Shown piece after piece: positions 43,770 to 56,620 of a stretch of DNA of 64,000 bases; the first letter of the stretch is position 1, and every line of letters begins with the position of its first letter. Location: the NCBI RefSeq assembly GCF_009914755.1, contig NC_060933.1, one strand, 5' to 3'. The stretch is from the human T2T-CHM13v2.0 reference genome, Homo sapiens. The notes below the pieces were generated by a model. It saw only the letters and a program-made list of their open reading frames with translations. It was not told where the DNA came from and ran no database searches. A program made the position numbers and the translations under genes.

Positions 43770-43945
43770 TGGCATGCACCTACTATGTGCCAAGCACTGT
43801 GCTAAGGGGTTGTCAGGTGGGATCCCCTGCCTCCTCATCACAGCACTTTGAAGGAGGTACCACTATGATCCTATTTGACAGATGAGGGAACTGAGGCTCT
43901 GAGGGCTGGTGTGACCTGCCCACGGTCACCTGGCTGGTAAGTCCT
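43770..43945 (-). mobile_element. MIR remnant
   Basis: cacctactatgtgccaagcactgtgctaag...gacagatgagggaactgaggctc. Confidence 0.8.
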
Positions 43946-44078
43946 ACACTGAGTATCTCTCAGTTGTTTCCCAGAGATTGCCCATACCTCCTCACCCTGT
44001 CACCCTCTTGTCCCCACCTCCACTGCTAAACGGGCACGATGACAAATTCTTGTTGAATCAAAGAATAAATGAATAGAT

Positions 44079-44377
<299 letters not shown>

Positions 44378-44679
44378 GTGAATAAATGAATGAAAGCAAG
44401 GATTACACTCCTAATCCTGTAAACATTTATTTCAGGGCCGCTTCTGAATTCTGGAAATCTAACAAACCAGCCATCCATATCCCCATTTTCCAGGTGGGGA
44501 AACCAAGCCCAAGGTCCCCAGAGAGGCTGGAGTCCCTCCAGATGACTGAGTTGGGGACTCAGAGTGCAACTCTGGCCGCTGCCATGGCAGTGACTTTTGA
44601 GCCACAGTGAGGAAGGAGCCTGCTTGCTGGGCAGTTGTTGTTTTCTCTTTTTTTTCCTTCCTCTCCTCTGGTCCCCATC

Positions 44680-45005
44680 CCGAAGGTAAAAAGTTCATGC
44701 AGGCGGCCATCCGTCGCAGGCTGTCAGGCAGCCATGTAATCTCTCTGTGGTTTTATTACTTAAAAACGGCGCAGCGTCCGGGCTGGGGAATTTTCCAAGG
44801 TGTTTGAGGCTGCCACGGGCCCCATTTATATTGTGCCTGAGTTTCCTTCCCAGTCTCCTTGAGAAAGTGACCAGCAGGCCCCGCTGTGAAGGCCGTATCA
44901 GTCATTTGCCAATAGGAGCCGGGCCGTGAATTATCAGGGGATGGCTCGGCGGGGAACTCGGGCCAGGGGGCGCGGGGTGACAGTAAACATGTCCCCGGAA
45001 TGTGT
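44680..45005. promoter_or_regulatory. Candidate CpG-rich regulatory element
   Basis: Locally high CpG; CTGTCA (44721), GTTTTATTAC (44750), GGGGAATTTTCC (44785), TGACAGTAAACA (44978). Confidence 0.4.
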
Positions 45006-45941
45006 CCCCCATCACTCACGGGCAGATAGCAGATCTAGGCACACACGTGGCCCCTATCTCTAAATCTTGGCCTGACCTGTGAGAGAGATGGAGGTGACTT
45101 TCAAGGGAGTCGGTCTGCAGGGAACTTGGACAGAAGTTTATGGCAGGCTGCGTTTCCCTGCCCAGCAGGGAAGGCTCCTGGTGCCGAGAGGCCAGCTGGA
45201 AAACACTGACCTTCTGGTTAATGAATTTATTCATCCTTTTAGACTTTTACTCAACAAAAAATTATGATTCAGCCTCAGATATGAGAAGAGGATGTACATT
45301 TTGAGTTTCTTGGGAGATGCCAAATGAAAGTCTTTATTTTAGGGAGGAAAAGGGGCTCTGAAGTCAGGCTCCTGTTGTCCCCTCTCTGTGTTCCCTGGTC
45401 ATCTTGTCCCAGCTCAAGGCCCCTGTGGGTCCACCCTCTCGCTCTGTCTGGGGCTGAGAGACTCACTGAGGGTTTGTGTCCAGGAGACAGGGCAGCTGCC
45501 CTGGTCTGGGGGAAGTTTCTGTCCCAAGATAGCTGCCTGGGGTTAGCCTCTGCACTGGGGACATATCCACCGAGGTCAACAAATCCTTACAATAAGCCCA
45601 TGCCGTACTCCATCTGTAAAATGATCACTCCATTTTCCAGATGGGGAGAGAAGTGTGGCAGGTTAAGAATTGCCTCAGATCACTCAGTGCGTCCATGCTA
45701 GAACTCAGACTCGAACCCAGGTCGGTCAGCCCCGAAGCCCCGTGGGAGGAGGGTTCTGGCTGCTGTCTGCAGTCTTGGTGGCTCTGAGGATCCTGAGAGC
45801 TTCTTGTTGACAAGTGTCCTGTCCTAATGCTGCTGACATCTGAGCATGGTGTCTCCACCTACTCCAGCCCATGGAAAGCAGGGGAAGCTAGCACAGGCCG
45901 GAGACTGGAGACACAAAGGGGGCCTTAAAAATTAGGAAGAG

Positions 45942-46394
<453 letters not shown>

Positions 46395-46780
46395 TGTGAA
46401 AAGCATAGGAAGAGGGGCAGAGAAAGGAGAAATAAGGTGTATAGGGCAGGGGGTGGGGGCCAGCGGCTGAGAGTCAGAGAGACAGAAGAAGGCAGAAAGG
46501 TGAGGCAAAGCTTCGGGAGATACGAGAAGGCTGAGCTTGAGACGCAGCAGGAGATAAGAGCCCTTACCAGTCTCATCCCCTGGCTTTGTGCTTTCAGGCC
46601 CTTTCCTGCCTTCTCTGTCTCTGTGTTTCTTTGCCTCTGGCTCCTTTGACTTCTGACCTTCCGTGGCTCCCAACCTTGCAGTTGCATAGCCTCAAACAAA
46701 GGACCTTACCTCCCCGGCCTCAGCCTCCTTGCCTGTCAAGTGGAGATAACAGTGCTGCTTTCCGTGAGGACTCTGCAAAG

Positions 46781-46891
46781 AAGGTGACCAACTGTTCTGG
46801 TTTATCTGGGATTGTCCTGATTTTAGCATGGACAGTCCCCTAACCTGGCAAATTCCTCAGTCCCTGACAAACAGGGCAGGTTGGTCTCTCC
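46781..46891. mobile_element. MER81-like hAT MITE
   Basis: ggtgaccaactgt.ctggttt..ctgggattgtcc.g.ttttagca...cagtccc.gacaaac.ggg..ggttggtc. Confidence 0.7.
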
Positions 46892-47489
46892 GGGAGCCAG
46901 TGGCTTGTGGTTCCCAGCCCTTGGCGCACAGTGGCTCTGAGGGGGCCTGTCTGGTCTGCCTCCCTCCTTACTTCTCTTTGGCCTTCTGGGTTCTGTTGCC
47001 CTCTCTTTTGTTGTTTCCGTCTTGTCTGCTGTGAATCTTGCTCTCTGCTCCTCGGATTGTCCCTTGCCTCCTAGCCTCTGTCTCTAACTCCTTCTCCCCA
47101 TGTCTCTTGAGGATTCTCCCCTCCTCTCCCTCTGTCTCTCTCCCTCTGCCCCATCTCAGCCCGCTCCCTACCCTGAACACCCTGTTTCTCCTTTCTCTGT
47201 TCTGCTTCCTAATTATCAGGGACACCTTTTTGTCCCCAGTCTGTGTCTTGGGGCTGAGTTTCCTCCCCTTAGCATGGGCTGGATTGAGGGATGGAGGGGG
47301 AATGGCCAGTGGAGACACCCACGATCCCTTCACCGCGACCCCGAGATCCTGACCTGGGGGCCTGAGACCAGGCCAGGGTCTTACGGGCAGGTTCAAGGCC
47401 AGCCAGAGGGACAGGACCAGGAAGGCCCAGCCTCAGCTCCCCGGGCTGGGGCAGCTCACCTGGCCAGGAAAGCGATTGGCACAACCTCC

Positions 47490-47825
47490 CCGGTGGCAGC
47501 CTTTAATGGCCTGTGTGTGTTCAGACAAGGACTGACTCTTTCAAAGATAATTTATTGGCTGATACCTCATTGCACATGGTAATAGCTTGTGCTTAAATAA
47601 TAATAAGCTTGATTGCCATGCAGTCGTTACACTTTTTTTCCCATTCAGTTTAACTGACCATTTTGTGTGTGGTTTGGAAGAAGAGGGGAGAGAGAGCCCC
47701 GTCATTATCCTGGGCCCGAAATGCGAGTTAATTTCTAATGAAGGTATAATTTTATTCCAATGATTTTACATTTAATTAACTAAAGCTACAAGTAATTTGA
47801 AATTATATGGTGATGGGGCCTCACG
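47490..47825. promoter_or_regulatory. Candidate enhancer (homeodomain/Hox/TCF motif island)
   Basis: TTAATGGC (47503), TTCAAAG (47540), TTTATTGGC (47551), TTAATTAA (47772), several TAAT cores. Confidence 0.55.
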
Positions 47826-48259
47826 TTGGGGATCACAGAGGGCAGAGTAGGGGAGCTGAGGGTAGGGGTGCCCAGTGAGGAAAGGTGGGTGAAGGGAAGG
47901 GGATCCAGGCCCCATGATGGGCACCCAAGGCCCAGTACCTCTTCAATCTTCACCTTGACCCTTTGTGGTAGGAAGTACTATTGTTCCCATTTACAGACGG
48001 GGAAAGGAAGGCTCAGAGAAAGGAAGGAGTAGACCCTAGCTTTTGTCCTGTTCTTTCTCCCCCTCCCCTCCCTGTTCTGGAAAGAGCACTCGCCACCTAT
48101 CCTACTCCCTGCCTTCACCATCGTATGGGGCTGCCATGTTGTTCCATGGTCCTGACCATAGTATCATTGGGTTGGGCCAATGACTCCCTTCTCTGGGATT
48201 TTTGAACTTGGGCACGAGTCAGGCAGAGACCTTTTCATGCCTGAAGGATAAGATTTACT

Positions 48260-49590
48260 TTTCTCTCTTATCTAATTTAACTTATGTTCAGTTCCGTAAG
48301 GGGCATAAATCAGAAGTGAACAGCTGGATGGAATTTTACATATGTTCACATGCATGTCACTGTCACTCAGATTGAGCACCGAGCAGGTGTCCTTTTTCCT
48401 CTTCCCAGGCAATACCTCCCCAAATAACGGTGTGTGGTGTCTATCACCATAGGTCAGGTTCGCTTTTTTTAGACTTTGTGTAAGAATCAAAGAGCACATA
48501 TTCTTTGATGTCTGGCTTCCTTCATTCAACGACCTTACTTACTTGCACTTACCTTATGCTTGCAAAGTTATCCAAATTGTTGGATATCATAGTATCTTGT
48601 TCCTTTTCATTGCTATGCCGAATTCTAATGTACAAATCTGTCATAATTTACTTATTCCTTCTCTTGTCAATAGGCATGTGTGTTGTCTCCAGTTCGGGTC
48701 CGTTATGAACGTTTGTTATGAATATTCCAGGGTCTATCTTTTGGTGGGTATAAATACTTTTTCCTCTTGGGTATATATGCCAGGAGTGGAATTTCTTGGT
48801 TCTCTCTCTCTCTAGTAATGTTACCAAATGGTTTTCCAAACTGGCTGTACTGATCTGTATTGCTCTCAGCAAATGAGGAGAGTTCTGGCTTCTTCATATT
48901 TTTGTAACACTTGGTATTACCAGGTCTTTAAATTTTAGCCATCTGAGTGGGGAGAGTATTTCACATTCAGGTTGTACTTTGAATTTTCCTGATGATGAAT
49001 GATGTTAATGATGTTGAAGAAATTTTCTAGGCTTAGTTATTTGGATAGACTTTTTTTTTGTGAAGTGCCTTACAATGGTCTGAATGTTTATGAGATCCCC
49101 AAAACTCATATGTTGAAATCTAACCCCCTATGTGGTGGTATCTTTGGGAGATAATTAGGTCATGAGGGCTCTGTTCTTATGAAGGGGATTAGTGCTCTTA
49201 TAAAAAGGCCCAAAGGAGCTTGTTCACTCCTTCCACCATATGAGGATGCAGAAGGGAGGCACCATCCCTCTATGAAGCAGAGCAAGCCGTCACCAGACAC
49301 TGAGTCTGCTGGCATCCTGATCTTGGACTTCCCAGCCTCCAGAACCATAAGCAATACATTTCTGTTGTGTATAAGTTACCCAGTCTGAAGTATTTTGTTG
49401 TAACACCCTGAATGGACTAAGACATGCCTGTTCAAGTCTTTTGACAATTTTTAAAAAATTGAATTGTCCAGTTTTTTCTTATTAATTTCTAGAAGTTTAA
49501 AAAATGTATTCTGAGGCTTGCTTTCTCTCCCTCTTAATGGTACCTTTTGATGACTAGAAGCTCTTAATTTTAATGAAGTCTAAAGGAAAA
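48260..49590 (-). mobile_element. Old L1M(E) 3' region (split by MLT1A)
   Basis: tctggcttccttcattcaac...ttgggtatatat..caggagtggaatt...tttccaaa.tggctgtac...tgcctgttcaagtcttttg. Confidence 0.8.
49071..49424 (+). mobile_element. MLT1A-type MaLR solo LTR
   Basis: atggtctgaatgttt...gatcttggacttcccagcctccagaac...gactaagaca; perfect TSD TGCCT (49066-49070, 49425-49429). Confidence 0.92.
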
Positions 49591-49739
49591 GGTACAAGCT
49601 CAGGGAGCAGAGTGCTGCAATAATTAACAATGCCTGCTGTGGGCACATGTGGGAGAATTATTGTCATGCGTGCCACCAGTCTGACATCCCTCAGCCTGGA
49701 GCTCTCTCATCAGCTGTCTTCCACCCAGTAGTGCTCTAT

Positions 49740-51500
49740 TTTTTTTTTTTTTAATTAAGAGCTTTGTTGATGTATAATTCACATACCATGCAATTCACCC
49801 ATGTAAAATTCAGTAGTTTTGAGTATATTCAAAGAGTTGGGTAATCAACATGATAATGCATTTTAGAACATTTTCATAAGCCCCCAAACAGATCTTGTGC
49901 CCATTAACAGTCATTCCCCATTTCCCTCTAACTCCCTCAGCCCCTGACAACCATGAATCTACTCTCTGTCTCTGAATTGAATTGCCTATTGTGAATGTTT
50001 CATAAAAATGGAATCATGCAATATGTGGCCTTCTCTGTCTGGGTCCTTTCACTCAGCACAATGTTTTCAAGGTTCATCCATGTTGTAGCATCTATCAGTA
50101 CTTTGTTTCTTTTTATTGTCATATACTATTCAATTATATGGATATACCACATTTTGTTGATCACTCATCATTTGATGGACATTTGGATTTCCCACTTTTA
50201 TGAATAATACTGCTATGCCTATTCATTGTCAAAGATTAACTGACTATAAATGTGAGAGTTTATTTCTGGACTCTCAATTGTATTTCACAGATCTGCATGT
50301 CTACCTTTATGCCAGTACCATGCTGTGTTGGTTACTGCAGCTTTGTAATAAGTTTTGAAAGCAGAAAGTGTGAGCCTTCCAACTTGGTTCTTTCCAAGAT
50401 TGTTCTGGCTATTCCTGCTGTCTTGCATTTCCATATGAATTTTAGGATCAATTTGCCTATTTTAGCAAAATTTTTAAAAAGGCAGCTGGGATTTTGATAG
50501 AAGTTGCACTGAATATGTAGATCAATTTGAAGAGTATTGCTGTCTAAAACCATATTAAGTCTTCCAATCCATGAACATAGGCTATCTTTCCATTTAGGTC
50601 TTCTTTAATTTCTTTCAACAATGTTTTATAGTTTTTAGAGTATAAGTTTTTGTACTTCTTTTGTTAAATTTGTCTTAAGTATTTTATTCTTTATGATACT
50701 ATTGTAAATGGAATTGTTTCCTTAATTTCAGTTTTGGCTTGTTCATTGGTACTATATAGAAACATAATTGATTTTTGAATATTGATTTTGTGTCCTGAAA
50801 TCTACCTTATTTATTAGCTCCAATGAGTGTGTGTGTGTGTGTGTGTATTTCTTAGGATTTTCTATACACAAGATCATTTCATCTGCAAATAGAGATAGTT
50901 TTACTTCTTCCTTTCCAGTCTAGAAGTCTTTTATTTCTTTTTCTTCCTAATTAATTGCCCCCTGCCTAGGACTTCTAATCCAATGTTGAATGGAAGTGGG
51001 AAGAGAAAAAAAAACCCACAAAAAACAAAGAAAAAAAGTGAAAATAACAAACAGTGGGAATAGCAGACATTCTTATCTTGTCCTGATGTTAGAAGGAAAG
51101 TAGTCAGTCTTTCACCCTTAAGTATGATGTTAGCTGTGGGTTTTTATAGATGCCTTTATCAGGTTGAGGAAGTTACCTTCCATTCCTAGTTTAGTTTAGT
51201 GGTTTTTATCAAGAAGGGGTGTTGAATTTTGTCAGACATGTTTTCTGTGTCTCTTGAGATGATCATGTGATTTTTGTTCTTTATTCTATTGATATGGCAT
51301 ATTACATTAATTGGTTTTTGGGTGTTAAACCACCCCAGCATTACTGGGATAAGTCTCTCTTGGTCATGGTGTATAATCCTTTTTATATATTGCTGAATTC
51401 AGTTTTCTAGCATTTTGTTGAGGATTTTTGCCTCTATACTCACAAGAGTAATTAGTCTATAGTTTTCTTTCATTGTGATTTCTTTATCTGGTTTTGGCGA
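49740..51500 (-). mobile_element. L1MB-type 3' UTR plus degenerate ORF2 segment
   Basis: ORF 50332-50553 gives [17 protein letters not shown], matching the L1 ORF2p C-terminal part; many stops; (TG)n at ~50828-50846. Confidence 0.88.
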
Positions 51501-53152
51501 TGTGCCTGTTTTTATGTGTTTTATAATGTGTTCCTGAAGTGTGTACAAGAATTGAGTGCTTCCTCTCAGAGAGATAAAGCTATTACAAAATCCTTAATTC
51601 TGCCATAACACTTTGACCCAATTCTCAACAACAAATTTCCAGGATTCCAAGCATTCTTTAATTCTGTCCTTTCCCTTCACAATCAGTCAGCGCATGGTTG
51701 ACTGGCTTACATCCAGTGAACATCTAACTGAGGCTAAAGTGTTACACCTTTCGGCATGACCAATGATTTCCATCTTTGCCCATTTGTTTCTTAGAGGAAC
51801 GATCAATTTTGTTACTAACATTGGACCTTTCATCGTTTTTCCATTTTCTCCTTGTCCTTATTAAACAATAAAGGAGATGTGCAATAAAGTATCAAAATCA
51901 TTGCCTGACACTCAGGCACAAAGATGTCCATGTTGTCAGAAGCAAGTTGTGGGTTCTCAGGCGGCACCCCAAGCACGGTCCCAAGGGTTTGCTCATCAGT
52001 GGGGGCTCTGAGGCCCCCACCTGGCTGCTGAAAGGCAGTTAGGGTGTCTGTGTGTGACACACAAACGTGCGGGTTCTATGAATTCTGCCTCTCCTCTGAT
52101 GCTCCTCTCCAATGCTCCCTTTGTTTCTTATCTCTCCCTTTCCCAAATAGATGTGACCTCACTTTCTTCTGAACCTGCCTGTCACTTTTTACACTTCTTA
52201 TGGTCCCAAGGGTATGATTATTTCTGTTCTTGCTTCATCTTGCCTTCTCTAGACTGAGAAGTCCCCATGGGCAGGAACTGAACTTTCCTCTGTTTTATGT
52301 CCCTTCAGTGTGGTCCAGCCCTCCAGCCTCCTGGACCTTCCATTTCCTATCACAGACAAAGAAAATGATTTGGGCCCACAGACTTGTCCTTGGAGAGTCA
52401 GCAACCTCCCCTCCCTGGGACCTCTGGAATCAGTGGTGGGGATGGGGTCGGGGCTAGGTCTGGCCATGCCCTGCCAGGTGGATTCTCTGTCTCCACCCAT
52501 CTTACCAGCTGATGCCCTGGCCTCGCCTCCACCCTGCTCTACCTACCCCATGGACACCCTGCTGTATGAAGCTCCATGGACACAAGTCCACTGTGGGTTT
52601 CAGGCACTGCTTCAAGGTCTGGGGCTAGCAGAGTGTGAACTACTGTGCAATATACATAGAAGCAACCTGAAGTTAGAGGACATTTCACCACCCTTAATCT
52701 CTATTCCCCAGAACATTTCCCCCTTCTCAGAACTTTTCACATTCAGGACCTAGGTTACCACCATTTTGCTTGAGCCCACCTCCCTTATACAGCCCGCATC
52801 TCCCTGCCCCTAAGGGATGGGAGAACACTCCAGGATTCCTGTTCTTTATGATTCAGACCTACTGTGGCTCTCCATGCCAGACCACAGTAGGTCTCTGTTT
52901 ATCTAACTGATAAAACCCCTCCACAAGCAAAGGTGCCATTTGTGTTAAAGACAATTTGGCAACCGTTGCTATGTCTTTCTCTAGTAGCATCTTTATACTT
53001 TCTATTACATCTGTATTCCATGCAGGCCTCAAAGAGTGGCTTTCAAATAAAAATAGCTGTTGTTTCCTGAGGTCTTACTGTTCTGGGTACTGTTGTGAGG
53101 ACTTGACCTGCGGTCTGTCATTTAATCCCTCACAACAGCCCTGTGAGGTGGT

Positions 53153-53670
<518 letters not shown>

Positions 53671-53679
53671 CCCAATGGG

Positions 53680-54141
53680 AGAGGAGTTTTTTTAACCCCC
53701 TTCTACTCAACCCATTGGTGAGGGAGGAACTCCCCACTAGTGTCATAGAATGGCTGAGAACACAACACCTGCCACAGGACAGATGAGAATGGCAGCTGTG
53801 TATTTGTCACATAGACTAACAGACTGGGGGAGGAGGACACCACATGTTACACAGGGCCACCCAGGGCTGCACTTGGGAAGAGTGTGAACAACCAGGGGCT
53901 GTGAGAGACAGGTTTTGGGGTATCAAAAAGTTGGGGTGCCCTCATTCCCGCAGGAGGGTGTGATTGGCTGTGTGGGGATCAGCAGGAGCTGTGCCTGCTC
54001 CATTTGATAGGGAAGGTGGTTAAGCTGGACCTTATCCACAGGAGCTGAGAGGGGTGGAAAACTTGGGGTCAGGCTCTCCAGATTTCACCAGATGTCAGGG
54101 TGGCACATAGTGCTGAATCTTATTTTTAGGCCTGACACCAC
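53680..54141 (-). mobile_element. ERVL LTR (MER54/MER73/MER76-like)
   Basis: Reverse complement begins tgtggtgtcaggcctaaaa...tatgtgcca.c.tgacatctggtgaaatc. Confidence 0.6.
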
Positions 54142-54392
54142 AGGGAGGCTGGCCCTGCAGCCAGGGTGGCTGATAAAGAGGGTCAGAGGGCTAGGTTGCA
54201 GATGAGGACCCAGAACTAGGCTTTCCTGCATTCATTCAACAAACACTTATTGAGGATCTAAAATGTGCTGCCCCAACCTAGGTTCTAAGCAGGAGGGGGC
54301 GGCAGCTAGATGATGAATGATAGACAATGAACAAGTGAATTTCATGGTCCCTTAGGTGTGGTAGGGATTCCTGTTCCATGATGGCTACCAAC

Positions 54393-54500
54393 CTCTCTCC
54401 CCTGGGCCCCCTCCCCTCCTCTTCTTCTTCCTCCTATCTCCCTCTTCCTTCCCCTTCTTCCTGCCCCTCTTCCCTATCGCCCCTCCTCCTCCCCTCTCCT
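54393..54500. repeat. CT-rich polypyrimidine low-complexity tract
   Basis: ~100 bp almost purely C/T. Confidence 0.85.
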
Positions 54501-56429
54501 GGGGAGACTTCCTCTGCCTTCCAGGAAGTCCATCTCCTGGGTGCCCACTGAGGTTGCCCACTTAACCCTGCAAGGGTCACTCCTGCCCTGGGGGCTCCCG
54601 GCTCTCATGGTTGTAGGTGGGCCCCGTGGTGATGGTGATAGAGTATCTGTGATGACGGAGTATCTGTGGTGAGTATCTGTGGTGATGGAGATAATCTGTG
54701 CCATGTGCCCGAGGGCTTCTCAGGGGGCTTTCAAGGCCTTGGAAGAGCCCTGCCCCTCCCTCAAGGGCATTCTGAGGGCATGGGGTGAGGGCCAGAGCAG
54801 CAGCACCCCCGTAGCTCACCTGATGCTAGAGTACAGCAGGCGGGCTGGGACACCTGCCTCATTCTGCACTCCATGCACGTGGAGTGTATACCTAAGCACA
54901 CTGGTGCAGGGGTCTCAGGCCTCTGAATCAGAGTGTGTGTCTGTGTTTGTGTGCACGAGTGTCTGTGCCTATGACAGAATGCAAGTGTGCATCTGTGGCT
55001 GCATGGATACAGACCTGTTTGTCCACAGTCTTGTACATGGATGTTTGCTCATGCGCAAATGTGTCAGCACCCAGGCATCAGAAAGCACACATGTAATAGC
55101 TGAGCTTTTAGGATACTCAAGGTCAGACTCTCCTGGTAACAGGGAGTGACTGAGATTGCTGGTTACACTGTGGAGAAAAGCCGGACCTTGGAGGATGCTG
55201 GACCCCTTCTGTGTGGGTGTGGGTGTGTGTGCATGCATGAGTGTGCATGCGTGAGTGTGCATGCTTGCACTTTTGTGGCGTAAAGGAGGTTTTGAAATTC
55301 TACAGTCCCTGCCCTCTTCCCCACCCCTCACCTGTGGCAGCATCAGTCAGCTAGTGTCTCCCAGCAAGATTTCTGCACTGAGGAAGTGGGTGGGACACCC
55401 CCTCACGCCCAATACCCCTCCGCACCCATAGGGGACTTCAACGCCTCAGGGGTGACTCCCAGGACAGGGGTCCTCTTCCTCCTCCCCTCCCACCAAGCCT
55501 GCTCTGGGGTGAAGTGTGGTGGGGGTTGTGTGAATATTGTGGGGTGCACAGGACCCATCCAGCAGGATGGGGTGGCCGCTGTGGGGCCCAAGAAAAGGCC
55601 AGAGGATGTTGTCTGTGGAGCAGTGTCCAGACTGGCATCAGGGCAGGGGACCCCCCCATTTCTTAGGTTTCCAGGTGGGTGAGTTGAACAGGAGGGAGGC
55701 GGTTGGTATAGACGGGGTGGGCAAGGAGGATTATGTGGGAGAACAGCAAACACTGCCTTTGAGGGGTGCTGTGCACTGGGCCCTGTGCAGGGTGGGGCTG
55801 GGGTCTCCCGCCTGTTCCTCCCAGTGGCCTCCATTTCACTGATGAGGCAAGGAAGGCCCCTGAGGTTCACATGGCTGGTGAGTCAGGGAGCCACTTCCCA
55901 ACCCAGACCTGGAATTGCCAGGCCATGGATCCAGGGGCTTGACCACTCCCTCCCTGCCGAGGGGACGGGGCTTGACTCATGCTCAGACGAGAAGGTCTTG
56001 GGGCCTGGGAGGCCGGGGAGGGGGCGTGGGACCTCCTGAGTGGGCAGAGGGGTGTTCAGTCTTAGAGATGCAGAGCTGCAGAGGCACAGAGGGGAGGGCA
56101 GCTGCCTTGTCCTGGTGACCACAGCCAACCAGGGACTTCCTCACTGGGGCCAGTAGGACAGACCCGGGTGGACAGGCTTCCAAGCCTATTGGAGACACCC
56201 TCCAGGATTCTCAGAAGTGCCTGGGGTGTCCCTGGGGGTTGCTGAGATTCTGCATCATGCAGGCAGGCCTGGGGACCAGCAAGAAGCTTGCATTGTGGCT
56301 GTTAATTCCTGCTATTGTTGCCTCATGTACGCACCCAAACATGGGGCGCTGGGGCATTTGGGGTTCCTCACTAAAGCGGGAGAGCCCTGCTCAAACCACA
56401 GAGTGGTGCTCATAGTCAGCGAACGGGCT

Positions 56430-56620
56430 CTTTGGAGCGTGGCTCGGGCCCTGGCAGCTCTGGGTTCAAATCCCAGCTCTGCAGTCTCCACCTTGGCCAC
56501 CCGTCTGGGCCTCTGTTTCCACATCTGTAAAATGCGGCTGGCTGTGTTACTCTATAGGGCTGTTTCAAGGACTCAGTGAGATAATAGGCTCAAAGCATTT
56601 ATTAACACAGTGCTGGCCCA
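56430..56620 (+). mobile_element. MIR remnant
   Basis: tctgggttcaaatcccagctctgc...gcctctgtttccacatctgtaaaatg...gagataat..aaagcattt. Confidence 0.8.

Noticed and set aside
50225-51500. Active L1 ORF2
   Set aside because: Short, frameshifted, stop-ridden old L1M fragment with no 5' UTR or ORF1.
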